Source: the human T2T-CHM13v2.0 reference genome, Homo sapiens. Taken from it: DNA of 64,000 nt. The translations under genes and the position numbers were made by a program. The stretch lies in the NCBI RefSeq assembly GCF_009914755.1, contig NC_060925.1, one strand, 5' to 3'. The notes beneath the pieces were generated by a model. That model searched no databases. It worked only from the letters and a program-made list of their open reading frames with translations, and was not told where the DNA came from. This document shows, piece after piece, positions 28,461 to 41,300 of the stretch (position 1 is the first letter of the stretch; the number at the start of each line of letters is the position of its first letter).

Positions 28461-30059
28461 TACGATATTTTCTGACTTATTGACTAGAATGAGCAAGATG
28501 GTAAGGATGGGAAACAAATTTCCTTGACTTCCTAGGACTTTGGTGTGACAATCAGCAAATATTATTAAGGATGTCCTTTAAACAAGGCTCTAGGATAGGG
28601 CTACAAATTATTTAAATAAATAAAACAAATGAGTTTAAGAGGAATCTGCCTACAGGAATGTGGCAGAGGAGACAGGCCATGAATATAAAAATGCAAGGGC
28701 TCTCTTGAGACTTCAGGTTCTTTGAGGATAGAAGTAATTACATCCCTACTATTTCCAGCACAGGGACATCTTATGCTGTGCCTTTAATAAATATTTGTTA
28801 ACAAATGAACAAACTCGTTCTTTATACTTGTGATCTTTAAAAACTAAAATTCCCAGAGCAAACTTTTTATGCTTTTTCAACAGATGAGCTTCAACATGGA
28901 TCAACATACACTACACTCTTGTAAGTGTTCTGGAAACAGTTGCCTCTGAAGAGGTGTGAATTTTCCTTACTTTTCTTAAAAGGGTGTTAACTTCAAAAGG
29001 CGACCTGGTGAGTGTTAAAAAATTAACACATTTAAGTCAGTAGCCAAAACATCACCCCCAGATCTGTGAACCTGAAATTGAACTGGTAGACTGAGCTGAC
29101 TCTGGTGTGGATGCCAAAAAAGTCATCACTCAGCACTAATCTGGACCAGTGAAAATTTGCTCTTTCCTTGGGTTGGGAAAAAGAAGGATTTGGAGGACGG
29201 TGATGTTAGCAGGACATAAATGCATGAGACAGCCAGTTATAAATGCTCCTTTAGACCCTTCTAACCCCTTAAACATGCTTTAAAAGTGACTTCACAGCAG
29301 AGAATGTGTACTTTAGCTGGCTAACATAAAAAGAAACCTCTTTCTATTAAAAGTGGAATTGTTTATTTGTGGAGAAAACTGACTGAAATATCTTCGCTCG
29401 GCCCCTTTCTTTCCTTCTTTCCTTGTTTCTCATCCTGCTAGGGCACAAACAGATTTTTTTTTCTTCAATTTTCTGTCACTTTGTGTGTCATCCACCAATA
29501 CATTACCTGGGTCCTCCTTTCTCTCTGCCATCCGTGTTTAGAAATGATCTTAACGACTAGATTTTGGTCAACAAAAGTGGAGTACATGCTCCTGCTGTCC
29601 TGCTGTCAGGCTCCACATCAGGGACTCTACTGCTAAAAGGAACTCTGAGGGCATCTGCGTCCACCCTCCTGCCTCTGGGCATGACTGTGCTTAGCTGGTA
29701 CCATTACAAACGCTTTCATGCCACGCAGAGGCAAGACATTACAGTATGGTTGTGAAATACTAGGAAACATTAGAAGCAGAGAAAGAAAACTGGTGTAAAA
29801 CAGAAGTACTGAAATGTAAAAAAAAGTTTCTGAGAGTTGGAGATCAAGAGGCGGTGACCCAGGCTACAGTTTTGTGAAAGCTATAAAGCAGTAGATAATG
29901 TATGAGTGTTTCTAAACGGGAGAGCTGGTTGTTGAGTGGTGTTCCTAGGCATCTCTGCAGAATTCCGACAATGACAAGCAGTGATCCAAGCCTGGTCAGA
30001 CAGTGCATTACTTGCTTTACCTAGGAAATGCATTTCTAAAAGCTGTCCATACACATTCA

Positions 30060-30330
30060 CCAGGTCATTCATTATTTCATTCACAGAGATTTATTAAGTA
30101 CTAACAACACATCAGGCCCTTTGCTAGGTGCCAAAGATAGAAGGATGAATATGACCTATTAATTGAATTAGAGGTCTCCTAGTCTAGTGAGGAAAGGCAG
30201 ACATCCAAACACGAATTCAAATAGAGGGTGGTAAGTATAGCAATAGCAGCAATGTTAGGTACAGAAGCAAACAGAGAAAGGGAGGCTGTCTGCCTCTTGG
30301 TGAGTCAGTGGAAAAGCTTTTGGAGTTTTT
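30060..30330 (-). mobile_element. L2 3' end
   Basis: tcattcattatttcattcacagagatttattaagtac...tgctaggtgc...agtctagtgaggaaaggcagac. Confidence 0.7.
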
Positions 30331-30613
30331 TGTTTCTCATTTTCTTGTCTGTCTCCTGATATCTGTTTCTCCATTAGCATTCTCACTGGTCCATGGACCT
30401 CTCCCATTCTCCTACTCAGAACTTGGAGCCCAGGAGAGAAACAGTCAAGGGATATGAGGGGTATATACCTTGCTAGTATATTTTAATATTTATTCAGACC
30501 TTACAATGTACTGGGCACTTTTGTAAGTTCTATATATGAATTATGCGATTTTATTCTTTACAGTCAACCCCGCCGCCCCACCCCCATGAGGTAGGGACTA
30601 TTTTCAATCATCC

Positions 30614-30774
30614 TTTTTTTTTTTTTTTTTGACAAGGTCTTTCTCTGTCACCTAGGCTGAGTGCAGTGGCACAATCACCCCTCACTGCAGCCTCAACCTC
30701 TCAGGCACAAATGGTCCTCCCACCTTGGCCTCCACAAGGGTTGGGATTACAGGCGTGAGCCACTGCACCCAGCC
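30614..30774 (-). mobile_element. Alu monomer (left-arm 5' part joined to right-arm 3' part), inserted in a MIR
   Basis: About 160 bp; TSD tcaatcatc on both sides; MIR continues on either side. Confidence 0.85.
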
Positions 30775-31695
30775 TCAATCATCATTTTTTTAGGTGAAGA
30801 TCTGATGCACAAAGAGATACATAACTCTCCAAGGTAGTAAACTAAGTGGTGGTTTGAAGTCAGGCAGTCTGGCTGCAGAGTTCATGTGCTCTGGAGATAA
30901 TAGCAGCAGTTGACATAAGAGTACTAGAAGAAGCACGTGTTGTCAGAAGAGAAGTAGGCCAAAGGCAGGGCACTGAGGAGTAGAGAGATTAGTGGCCAGG
31001 CCCAGGTAGAGATGGCAGCAAAGATGGCACCTGAGAGGGCAGAAAAGATGACAGAGAGCCACAGCACAGTGGCGTCCTGCAAGCTTAGGGAGGAGAGGGC
31101 TTCAGGAGGATAGGAGTCCAGGCAGCTTTGCATTTCGAGAAGAACGCTGAAGGGAGTAAGGTGGAAGGTAGAAGACTGGACCCAAGCCTGGCTGTTTTAC
31201 TCATACACTGTGTGAACTTGGGAAGGTCACTAACCTCTCTGAGCCTTTTAATACTCATTTTAGAGCAGTGATAATGATTTTTTATGTACCACTGAGGTTG
31301 TTATAAGGTTCATGTCAGAATAATTTTTGTGACCATCCTGAATATGATTTAAAACATTCATTATGTGAACGACATGTTCATTATTACACCATTCCACCTG
31401 AAACTGATTTAATTGAAACACTAATAAAAATTGCCTTTAAGGTTCCTCATTTTTACTTTAGGAATATAGATAATGGTGCACATTTTATCTTCCTTTTAAA
31501 TTCTGTGAGAAAAGCTAATATGATATAATCAGCCTATATGACTATTAATATTCTAAATGATCAATTCATGCATGCATTGATTAAGGCTTTGAGTGCTTAC
31601 TATATTCAAATCAAGAATATGTTCAGCTTACTACTTCTTCATGAAGGAACTTTTGATCTAGACAGGAAGTCTATCTGTATACAATAACTATAGTA

Positions 31696-31925
31696 CAGCT
31701 GTTCTTAACTGGGGGCTGCTTTGCTTTTCTCCTCTACTCCAGAGGACATATCTGGAGATATGTTTGGCTATTACAACTGAGTAGGAGCGATGCTACTTGT
31801 ATCTAGTGGGTAGAGGTCAAGGATACTGCTAAACACCCCTCAATGCAGGGTACCGTCCCCTCTCCTACATTAACAAACAATTGTCTAGCCCGAAATATTG
31901 CTAATGCTAAGGTTAGAGGATGCTG
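31696..31925. mobile_element. MER20 (hAT-Charlie)
   Basis: cagctgttcttaactggggg...atctagtgggtagaggtcaaggatactgctaaaca; 8-bp TSD ctatagta / ctatagca. Confidence 0.85.
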
Positions 31926-31937
31926 CTATAGCACAAA

Positions 31938-32613
31938 TGATATGGTTAGGCTTTGTGTCCCCACCCAAATCTCATCTTGAATTGTAATCCCCAGGTGTTG
32001 AGGGAGGAAACTGGGGGGAGGTGATTGGATCATGGGGATGGTTTTCCCCATGCTGTTCTCATGATAGTGAGTTCTCCTGAGATCTGATGGTTTTCTAAGT
32101 GTTTGGCAAGTTCCTCCTTCACTCACTCTTCTCTCTCCTGCTGCCTGGTGAAGAAGGTCCTTCCTTCCCTTCCCCTTCCACTGTGATTATGAGTTTCCTG
32201 AGGCCTCCCCAGCCATGCAGAACTGTGAGTCAATTAAACCTCCTTTGTTTATAAATTATCCAGTCTCGGGTAGTATCTTTATAGTAGTGTAAGAGTAAAC
32301 TATCGCAAGAACAGAAAACCAAACACCACATATTCTCACTCATAGGTGGGAATTGAACAATGAGAACACATGGACACAGGAAGGGGAACGTCACACTCTG
32401 GGGACTGTTGTGGGGTGGGGGGAGGGGGGGAGGGATAGCATTAGGAGATATACCTAATGCTAAATGATGAGTTAATGGGTGCAGCACACCAGCATGGCAC
32501 ATGTATACATATGTAACTAACCTGCACATTGTGCACATGTACCCTAAAACTTAAAGTGTAATAATAATAAAATAAAAAAATAAAAAATAATAAAAAAAGA
32601 ATAGACTAATACA
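31938..32613 (+). mobile_element. THE1D-like MaLR solo LTR, split near its 3' end by an L1
   Basis: tgatatggttaggctttgtgtccccacccaaatctcatc...gaactgtgagtcaattaaacct...gtgtaaga[L1]atagactaataca; 5-bp TSD acaaa / acaat. Confidence 0.9.
32294..32598 (+). mobile_element. L1PA (PA2-PA4 age) 3' UTR, heavily 5'-truncated, with A-rich tail
   Basis: agtaaactatcgcaagaac...gggatagcattaggagatatacctaatgctaaatgatgagttaatggg...accctaaaacttaaag; has GAG rather than the L1HS ACA diagnostic. Confidence 0.95.
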
Positions 32614-32914
32614 ACAATACAATAGGTGCTGTAATAATGGATTGAAAGAATGGCACAAAATAGGAAGTCATAATGTATTTCCTAGAGAAATTAGGAACTG
32701 ACTCTTGGCCTTAATAAATACATTTGGATCTTGAACAATACATGCCAAAGATAGTTCCCATTTCACTGAAAGTTCTTCAATGACACATGTATGTTTGAGC
32801 AACTATACACATTATTCAAAGAATTCAGCACAACTCAAATAGGAAATTTTCAGGAAGTGATTTTGAAGTAGAACCATTAGACACTAATGGTTCACTAGTT
32901 CCTAATTGCATGCC

Positions 32915-33440
32915 TATCATATTAGTCAGGGACTAAGTTCAAGAAAAGCAAAACTACTGTAGGTAGTTTGAATAGAGAAAATTTAATGCAAGAAAGTGGT
33001 TATATAGATGATGGGAGAGCTGAGAACCCATAAAGGAGACAGTGTGGCACCCGGAAATTGGCAATAGCAGGAAGCCATGACGATCCTGAGGGCCAGGGAA
33101 AAAAGGAGAAGCTGGTGCTACCAGGCCTAAAAGCTGGTGAAAACCATTTGGGGTTAGAACCATGAAGGATGCTGCCCAGTAGAAGCTGGAGTCAGGGAGG
33201 GAAGTCTGTCAGGTAGAAGCTAGAGCAGTGGAGGAAATACAACCACAGCCACAGATGCCACCTTAACAGGTATCAAAAGAGATATCCTGACGTCTTCCCT
33301 TGTCTCTTCTTTCCACCCTCCAGGCTGCTTCCAATCCATTTCCATTGGCTGAAACTACTCTTCAACTAGTTGGCATGGAAATCTAAAAATGTAGTTGCTG
33401 TGATACAATCAGAGCAGGAGAAGAGTGGTGAATGAGCAGA
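32915..33440. mobile_element. Ancient LTR (LTR78/LTR79-like)
   Basis: attagtcaggg...aatttaatgcaagaaagtggtta...gagctgagaa...gcaatagcaggaagcca; family assignment from memory. Confidence 0.5.
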
Positions 33441-34889
33441 AGGCAAATACATATCTGGCATTTACATTGTCACTAAGATGCTAAAGGAATACTCATCCCT
33501 TAAAAGAAAGAAATGTGCATCATATAATTATTTTATAAAATATACCTAATATTAGAATTTATTTTAAATAATTAGTCTTTATTCAAATATATAATAGGTA
33601 CGGCTGAAACAGTTTTAGGCTGATGGTGATGATCTCTGAAATTTTCTCTGTAGTAAGGGACATCTAAGACTTAAAATATTTCTTCAGTTCAAAAAAGGTG
33701 GACATACAGGCATTTAACCATTAAACTGAATCATTACTTAATTGATAAAAGAGAACCCAGTCTTGCGAATACGTGTAGTATAGTTAAGTGTTTAAGTAAT
33801 GCGATCAATGAAATGTGTGTGTCTGTAATCTAATGAAGTACAGTTGCCACCATTTCTGTATTATAACAAGCAAGTATTCATGTTTGAGCACTTGCAGTTC
33901 TGATGTTGCATAGGAAAGCAAAAGTTGACATAACGTGAAAATATTCTCAAATGCTGTGAACACTTAAAATTAATCCTCACGCAAATATCCTTACCAAGCT
34001 TGGCCCCAGGATTTGTCTCTTCCAGGAAAGCCAAAGCTTCCAATGTTCAATATTTCAGTGATGGTCAAACACTGTACCACAGAATGCAAACACTATAAAT
34101 ACACTATGGAGTAAAAGAGAAAATCTTGAAAAAACAAGGTTGACGATGATGATGTTGGTTACTTCCGAATAACCTGCAAAATCAATGACAAATGAAAATC
34201 TTGTAAACTCACACCAGTTAATAAACAAGAGAAAATGGATAAGAAGAGTAAATTAAACTTCAGATAAGAATGATTTTAGTATTTAAGGATTAATAGAGGG
34301 CTGTAGGATTGATGAAGTGTCCTGAATCTTGCAAAAAATATTATTTTTTATGATCACATAGTAGGTAAAATTTGAAATAAAAGTTGTTCAATCAGGCCAT
34401 CATATAATATGTCAGAGAAAGTAAGTTCCCAAAAGTCAATATTTGATTCATTCTTCATTTTAAGAATTAAAACTAGTTGGGAATATAATCAAAACTCTGT
34501 TGTTATAAGAAAAAATAGCACATTTATTTTCATATATTTTAGATTCATTTTTATATGAAATTATAATAGTTTTTTGTCACTATTGCCTATGAAAATTTGG
34601 TCTCCATCTTCAGTGAATTTCCTTTACATGACTTCTCCCTGTATAAATCATCTTTGGGCAGGAAGGATGTGCTATTCGTCTCATGGCACTAGGGCATCAT
34701 TGTTTTTGCTCGTCTCTCACTCTAGCCATTGAGTCCCTGGAAGTAAGTAGTCATGGACAGTGATACAGGCAGTCACTTCAGTATCAGTGCAAAATAATAT
34801 CTACAGCTTTTGTAGTGCACAGATTGGTGCAAAAACCAATTGCTGTAACTTTTAAAAGGCGAGAGAAATAGGAACAGATAAGAGAGGAA

Positions 34890-35430
34890 GCAGACTTATA
34901 AAATGTTACAGCTGAAAGGGATCTTAAACTCTTCTAGTGCCCACCCCCCTCATTTTATAGTTGAGGAAACTGAAGAGTCAAAAGGGGATAACCTGCTGTG
35001 TCATGCCACCAGCTTGTGGGAGAGTTGTTGCTTGAAACCATGATCTGGACTCCAGAACCTCCTTCTAAATGACACTTCAGCATTAAGAGCAGTTGATGAA
35101 CTCTTAGCTGTAGCAGAAATTGTATACTTTAATGACCTCACAGGCACCAGCTAGCTGCTGGCTAATGAGCAGAGTCGTCTGCAATTCACAGGCGTAGCAT
35201 TGCATAGTGATGATGAACCTAGGCTCTGGAGCCAGACTGCATGGGTTTTAATGAGGCCCAGCCACTTCCTAGCTGAGTGACCTTGGACAAACTACCTAGC
35301 CTCTCTGTGCTTCAGTATTTTCTGAGTGACTGTTCCATGCCAGGGAGAATGAAAACCCCTACCTCAAAGGGTCTACAGTTAGCTGATATTTATGTGAACT
35401 ACTTAGAATATGGACTTCCTCATAGTAACC
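34890..35430. mobile_element. MIR3-like (-) and MIR (+)
   Basis: ctcattttatagttgaggaaactga; ggctctggagccagactgc...tagctgagtgaccttggacaa. Confidence 0.7.
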
Positions 35431-36659
35431 TATCAACCATTCCAATGTGAACCATTAATGAGTTCAGGAAGTCAACAGTGGGGAATCAGAGGCTGAGCAA
35501 TGAGACTGGGGCAGGGAAAACAATCTGCATCTGCACCCACTGACCACCTGACCAACTGATACTATAGGGGCTGGTTAGATAAGGTCACAAGCACCTAGGA
35601 GCTATATCCTTACTCTTCTATAGGATTTGCTCTACTTAAGTTGAAGATTCAGTAAATCTATAGTTTTTTCATGGAACTTGTCAACTCTTAACTCTTTGTT
35701 GCCGCTTTAAAGCCTTGAGTTAAAAATTAATTTAGATATTGTTAAGATGCCAAAACTGGGTGAACCCAACCACATTCACTAGTCTTGTTTTCTGATAAGA
35801 AGCAGCCTACATTTGTTACCAAACAATAGAAAGTCTTAAAGAATGAAAGGTGTGACAGGGAGCAGCCCTGCTAGGCTGACTCAGATAAGCCATCCCTTAA
35901 AATACAGTCTACATGTATAAGCGTATACACACACAAACACACACAGCAATTTGGAGCATCAAATTTCCTATTCCATGCTGTAGATTTAAGTTCATGCATG
36001 CCAGATTTCTTCACAAATTTTCTCCAAAAGGGACCAGTCACAGAAAATACATATATAAGTTCAAAGGAATTAAAACTTTCTATTTTCATGAAAACATTTA
36101 TTAAATAAATCCAACCTAATTTCTTTGAAGTCCAGATGGCATGCTAATTTGCATAGTTTATCAGTTCTATTCTTCAACATTCCTGGGAAGTAGATTCTTC
36201 AACCTAGCTTCGAATTCCCCTCAAGTTTCTCACAACAAATGCTAGGCAACCATCTAAATTACAGAGCGAGAATCTGAAGGAAACAGGCAATCCTACAAAT
36301 ACACCTCTGTTACCTCCACCCTTGTCCATTAGATCAGCTATATTGTATTCTTCTTTAAAAGGTGCTGAGAGAATATACAAACTATTATAAAACCAGCCCT
36401 CTAGAAGTATAATGGGGACAGGGTTGGAGAAGGGGAGAAGACTCATTTCAGAAGGCTGCTTTTAGAGGATTGTTGAGGCTTGAGAAATTTCATTCTAAAC
36501 GTTAGAAAAAAAGAGGAAACAAGAGATTCACATTGGGCATCCAATGCAAATGGAATTAAACTGTGAAAGCTCTGGGGAGCAAGAAGAATCTAATTATGCT
36601 TTTGTTTTTCCATAAATACATCAATTATTCTTACAATATTTATTGAAAGGCAATAAAAA

Positions 36660-36880
36660 GGTGGGGTTAAGGGCTTGAGCTTTGGAGTGAGATACACTTG
36701 GAGTTGAATCCCGGTTCTGCCATTTATTAACTGTGAGATCTTGGGTAAGTTGCAAGCATCTCTGAACCTCTGTTTTCCAGCTGTAAGGTGAGGATACTCT
36801 AGTACCTACCTTATAGGGTTGTGAGGACTAGTTAGATAATGCAGAGAATGGACCTAGCATTCTTTTGGCATCCTGTGAAT
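36660..36880 (+). mobile_element. MIR
   Basis: gagttgaatcccggttctgccatttattaactgtgagatcttgggtaagtt. Confidence 0.8.
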
Positions 36881-36884
36881 ATTA

Positions 36885-37970
36885 ATTTGCTGCTGGTGTA
36901 CTGCATGACTGCTATGTGCAGGCTAGGAATAATATCAAGTCTCCATTAGCTTGGAAGCATGTTCTAGTTGAGGGAATAGAAAATAGGCACTCCCTACACA
37001 AAAAAAGCAGCATATTTCTTGTGGTCACAAAGAAAATTAAAGCAATGTAAAGAAACAGAAAGAGATGGAGTTGGGTTGGGTGCCGTGGCTGACGTCTATA
37101 ATCCCAGGACTTTGGGAGTCCTAGGCAGGTGGATCACAAGGTCAGGAGTTCAAGACCAGCCTGGCCAAGATGGTGAAACCCCGTCTCTACTAAAAATACA
37201 AAAAAAAAAAAATTAGCCAGGCGTGGTGGCACATGCCTGTAATCCCAGCTACTCAGGAGGCTGGGGCAGAGAAGTGCTTAAACCGGAAAGGTGGAGGTTG
37301 CAGTGATCCGAGATCACACCACTGCACTCCACCCTGGGCGAAAGAGTGAAACTCCATCTCAAAAAAAAAAAAAAAGCAAAAAACAAAAAACAAAAAATCA
37401 AGAGATGGAGTTGGATAAGGTTGCTACTTTACATGCGGAGTTCGAGGAAGGCCTCTTTGGTCATTTAAGCAGTGACCTAAAGGAAGTGGAGGAGTGTTTC
37501 AGGCAGAAGGAACACCACAAAGGCCCCAAGGAGGGACCATGCAGTGGTGTTCCGGAGCAACCATGGGAGGCAAATGTGGGTGTAGTAGAAGGAGATCAGA
37601 AAGGAGCTGGGCAAAACCATAAAAGGTCATTGCAGCTGGTGAGGAGTTAGGATCTGGTACTGAGTGAGGAGGAAGTCACGGGAGGTTTGGGAATAACAAG
37701 TGATGTGAAATTTTAAGAGGATCACCTAGTCTTTGAGTTGAGAATAACCTACAGGAGGAAAGCAAGAAAGCAGGGACACCAGTTAGGAGGGTTTTGTAAT
37801 AATCCAAGCAAGAGATGATGGAGGCTTGGACTAAAGGGGAAATGGAAGCAATGGTGTGAAATGCTCAGAGCCTGGATACATCCTGAAGGTAGATCTAAAA
37901 GGAGTTGCTGATGAATTTGATGTGTGGTATGAGAAAGGGAAAAGTCAATGATGATGACAAAGTTTTTATT
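36885..37970 (-). mobile_element. L2 fragment interrupted by an Alu
   Basis: ggaaggcctct, aggcagaaggaacaccac, accagttaggagg...aatccaagcaagagatgatggaggcttggac. Confidence 0.75.
37074..37398 (+). mobile_element. AluSg-like
   Basis: ggatcacaaggtcaggagttcaagacc; TSD aagagatggagttgg. Confidence 0.92.
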
Positions 37971-37977
37971 TTGGTGG

Positions 37978-38315
37978 TAGTCCAAAGGCCTGGGAGCTAG
38001 AGAACCAGTGGTGCATATTCCAGTCCAAGTCTGAAGGCCTGAGAACCAGGACTATCCAACACAGAAGAGGATTGATCTCTCAGCTCAAACAATAAGGCAG
38101 AGAGCAAATACAACCTTCCCCAGCCTTTTTATTCTATTCAGGCCCTCAACAAATACCCACACATACTGGGGAGGGCAATCTGCTTTACCCAGTCCACCAT
38201 TTCAAATGTTAATCTTTTCCAGAAACACCCTCAAGACACACCCAGAAATAACATATAATCAGATATCTAGGCATCCCATGATCCAATCAATGAACACCTA
38301 TGATTAACCATCACA
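37978..38315 (-). mobile_element. MLT2 LTR, partial
   Basis: gtctgaaggcctgagaacc...ggggagggcaatctgcttta...ccagaaacaccctc...attaaccatcaca. Confidence 0.85.
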
Positions 38316-41300
38316 TCTGTCACCTCTAACTGCAACATATTCTAAATGGGTCATTGTACCAACATGGTCTCATTTCCCTCATTCTAGAATAGAATGGATT
38401 TCTCTTTCAGGTTCCCTTCTCATCCTAAACTTCTGCATTTCCAGACAAATTAATAAATATTTTCAAATTTATAGTGCCTAAAATAGAGCCTAGCACTCAA
38501 GAAATACATGCATAATGAAAAGTGAATATACACGTTAGAAGACTTTGACATTGACACTGTCATTGTCATGACAATGCTATTGTCAATGACGTGACAGAGA
38601 TATTGGCATTGACTAGTTAAGTGACATTGACATAGTAGGTGGTTGCCTAGTCCAGTCAGAGCTGCCAAGTAGTGAAGCCAATGGCTAAGTCTTCTAACTC
38701 CCAAGTCAGTGACAAATTTGGTCTGGATTTCAAGATTTAAAATATTAAACCTTTCCATCCATAAAAACAGCTACTTTTTTTTTTTTTTGCACATTTACAA
38801 TGATATGGATACTAGTCAACTAAAATAGCCAAGATTTCTTGACTAATTGGTCTGGGCTTCAGAGACCTTCAAGAGAAAGGATATGTACATCTCACATATA
38901 TTGAGACAACTGATTTGGATACTACAGCATCATTTAAAATAGCTCAGAGTGTCTCTTTCATTAAAAGGCAAGAACAAAGTCATTCAAAAAGTAGAGGAAA
39001 TTTTTTTTGGAAGGTTTATTTGTTTGATTCCTCAAAGTAAAAATGCCCCAAATTCCCATACAAGCAGAAACATAGTTAAGCTGCATGGTTCTGTCTTGAG
39101 TATGCAAATATCACAGCCCAGTCTTATGTCAGCTTGAAAAGATAATGTCATGCAGAAAATTAAGACCATCTGATGAAATCATGTTATGAAATGTGGCTTG
39201 AGAGAGCAGCTTTTTGTGTGTTATGATTTGATATATTTTCACACCAAAACTCAACTGAACAGGCAAGGAGTCTCAATTAATGCAAAATTTGAAATTTTCA
39301 GACAAATTTACAAGGTGTTTACTGAGGAGAAAAGGGAGGGGGACATCTTAAATACTGTCTCCTCATAACAGCCTTGATTTTATGTTATGTGTCTAAGAAA
39401 CTGAATGCCTCAGCTTTTCATTTAGAATTTTGAATTTAATCTGATGGCAGTTTGGATATAATAATGATGCATTTATTGTTAATTTCCTTAAAGCCTTACT
39501 GTCTAACAATGTAGACCATTATCGCCCCAAATACTTTCTGTGTTTGGAAGGATTTCCATATTCCACAGTGCACAGAAGCTGACTCTGAAGCAAGGCTTAA
39601 GAGGAATATACAAGAAGCAAGAATATATTTCCTTAGTAACTAGCTGGCCTTTTTTTCCTCACTGCAGACCTGTTTTCCAGAAGATGAGAAGGAGACTTGA
39701 CAGGACTTTATTGGTTCATAAATTAACTTGGTGGATTTACAATCATTTTTTGGAATGTTAGGAACTCTTTTTAGGAACTTATTTTCAAGAGAAGAAAAAA
39801 AACATATTTAACTTAGAATATGAAATTGGCACTACAATCCACCTAGAACATGGTGGGTTAGTTTGTTTTTCACCTATGGATTGATCCCATATGCTATTGA
39901 CACAGTTATTTTTGGCCAAATGAAATATTTAAACGGATATTCACGATATGTTTTCTTTCCAGTGTAAGTGAATAAACAATAAACTATCATTAGCCATATG
40001 ATCAGTGAGGTATAGTCAGTCATATTTGTTGGCTTCTTTAAGAGACTATAATGAAGTGGAGAAGGTCAAATGAGCACTACACAAGAGCCCCAACTATCCT
40101 TTACTTCCTGTAAACATGGAAGTGTAATCCAAAAGTCAAGAAAAGTAGATTAATATCTGGGTGACTATCTCCCTTCAACCTCTGCCCAAATATGTAAATA
40201 ATCCAACTTTTGGAGATAAATGGCACGCATCCTGAGCAGATCTCTGGGCCCAGGGTTTGCTGGAGAGGTATTTTCCTAAATGCATAAGCGAAATAAATTC
40301 TATACTCACATGTGGTGGAGAGAAAAGTCTACCCATGTCTACTGAATGAAAACTTTCTGTCTGTTTATCTTAGTCATTTGTGCCCACAAGAGAGCCACAC
40401 AGAGGTCTCCAGCCCTCTCAGAAGGAAGGATACAGAAAAACAAACATTTAAATTCAGAACCTTACCTTCTAGAAAAACATAGGCTACTAATGAAGAAACT
40501 GCTCATTTGTCCAAAGCAAACTTGAGCCCCACTTTCCTGTGATCCAGGCAAGCAAAGTAAAAAAAAAAAATTTTAAGTAGGATGGGGCTAATTATAGGAG
40601 GCAGAGGGTAGGTAAAATAGCTCCTTGTTCAGAAGCATCCACATATTTTCCTGAGATGAAGAGCAAATATTTTGTTTAAATAGCAAGCAATTTTCTATAA
40701 AAGTGCTACTGCTTGGAAATGCTCTTTATGATTTATTGCTGCCTTTTAACCTGAAAACATATTAATAACTGAGGAGCCCTTGTTGGTATCTTTATTATAC
40801 TTAAACCCAAATTGCCATAATATTATAACTGGTGTGGCCACATTTAATATTTTTCTTCCATGAATACAGCATGGGCTTATTAACTGAGACCAGAAAATAA
40901 AAATAGAGGCGACCTTCCAAGCTCCAGCTTTACATAGAGATACCATGGCAGTAATAAGGCAGCTAACTTTCAAAAGAAGCTGGGGTAAGGCCACAGAGAG
41001 AATCTTTCCACGTTTTCTCCTTTTCTACCAGATAGAGCACTTTCTCTGCGTATGGATCCATGTCATCATTCAGCTGTTTCTTCTGGCAAAGCCAGAATCC
41101 AGAACAGAATCTCAGTGAAAAAGAAACCAATAAATTAGATCTCTTTGTGAGCAATTTGCCGTTAGTTCTATCCTCCCTGCCTATTAAGATTCTTTATTTA
41201 CTTCACCAAGAGATTTCTGCTGACAAGTCCATCCATTTACCACTAGCCTAGATAAAATGATAATAAAAAAATGTCAAAAAATGTATTCATGGGACCTTCC

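Noticed and set aside
28042-28527. Longest ORF in the track (161 aa)
   Set aside because: Spans an antisense Alu end and an antisense L1MB 3' region; its hydrophobic composition reflects T-rich repeat sequence.
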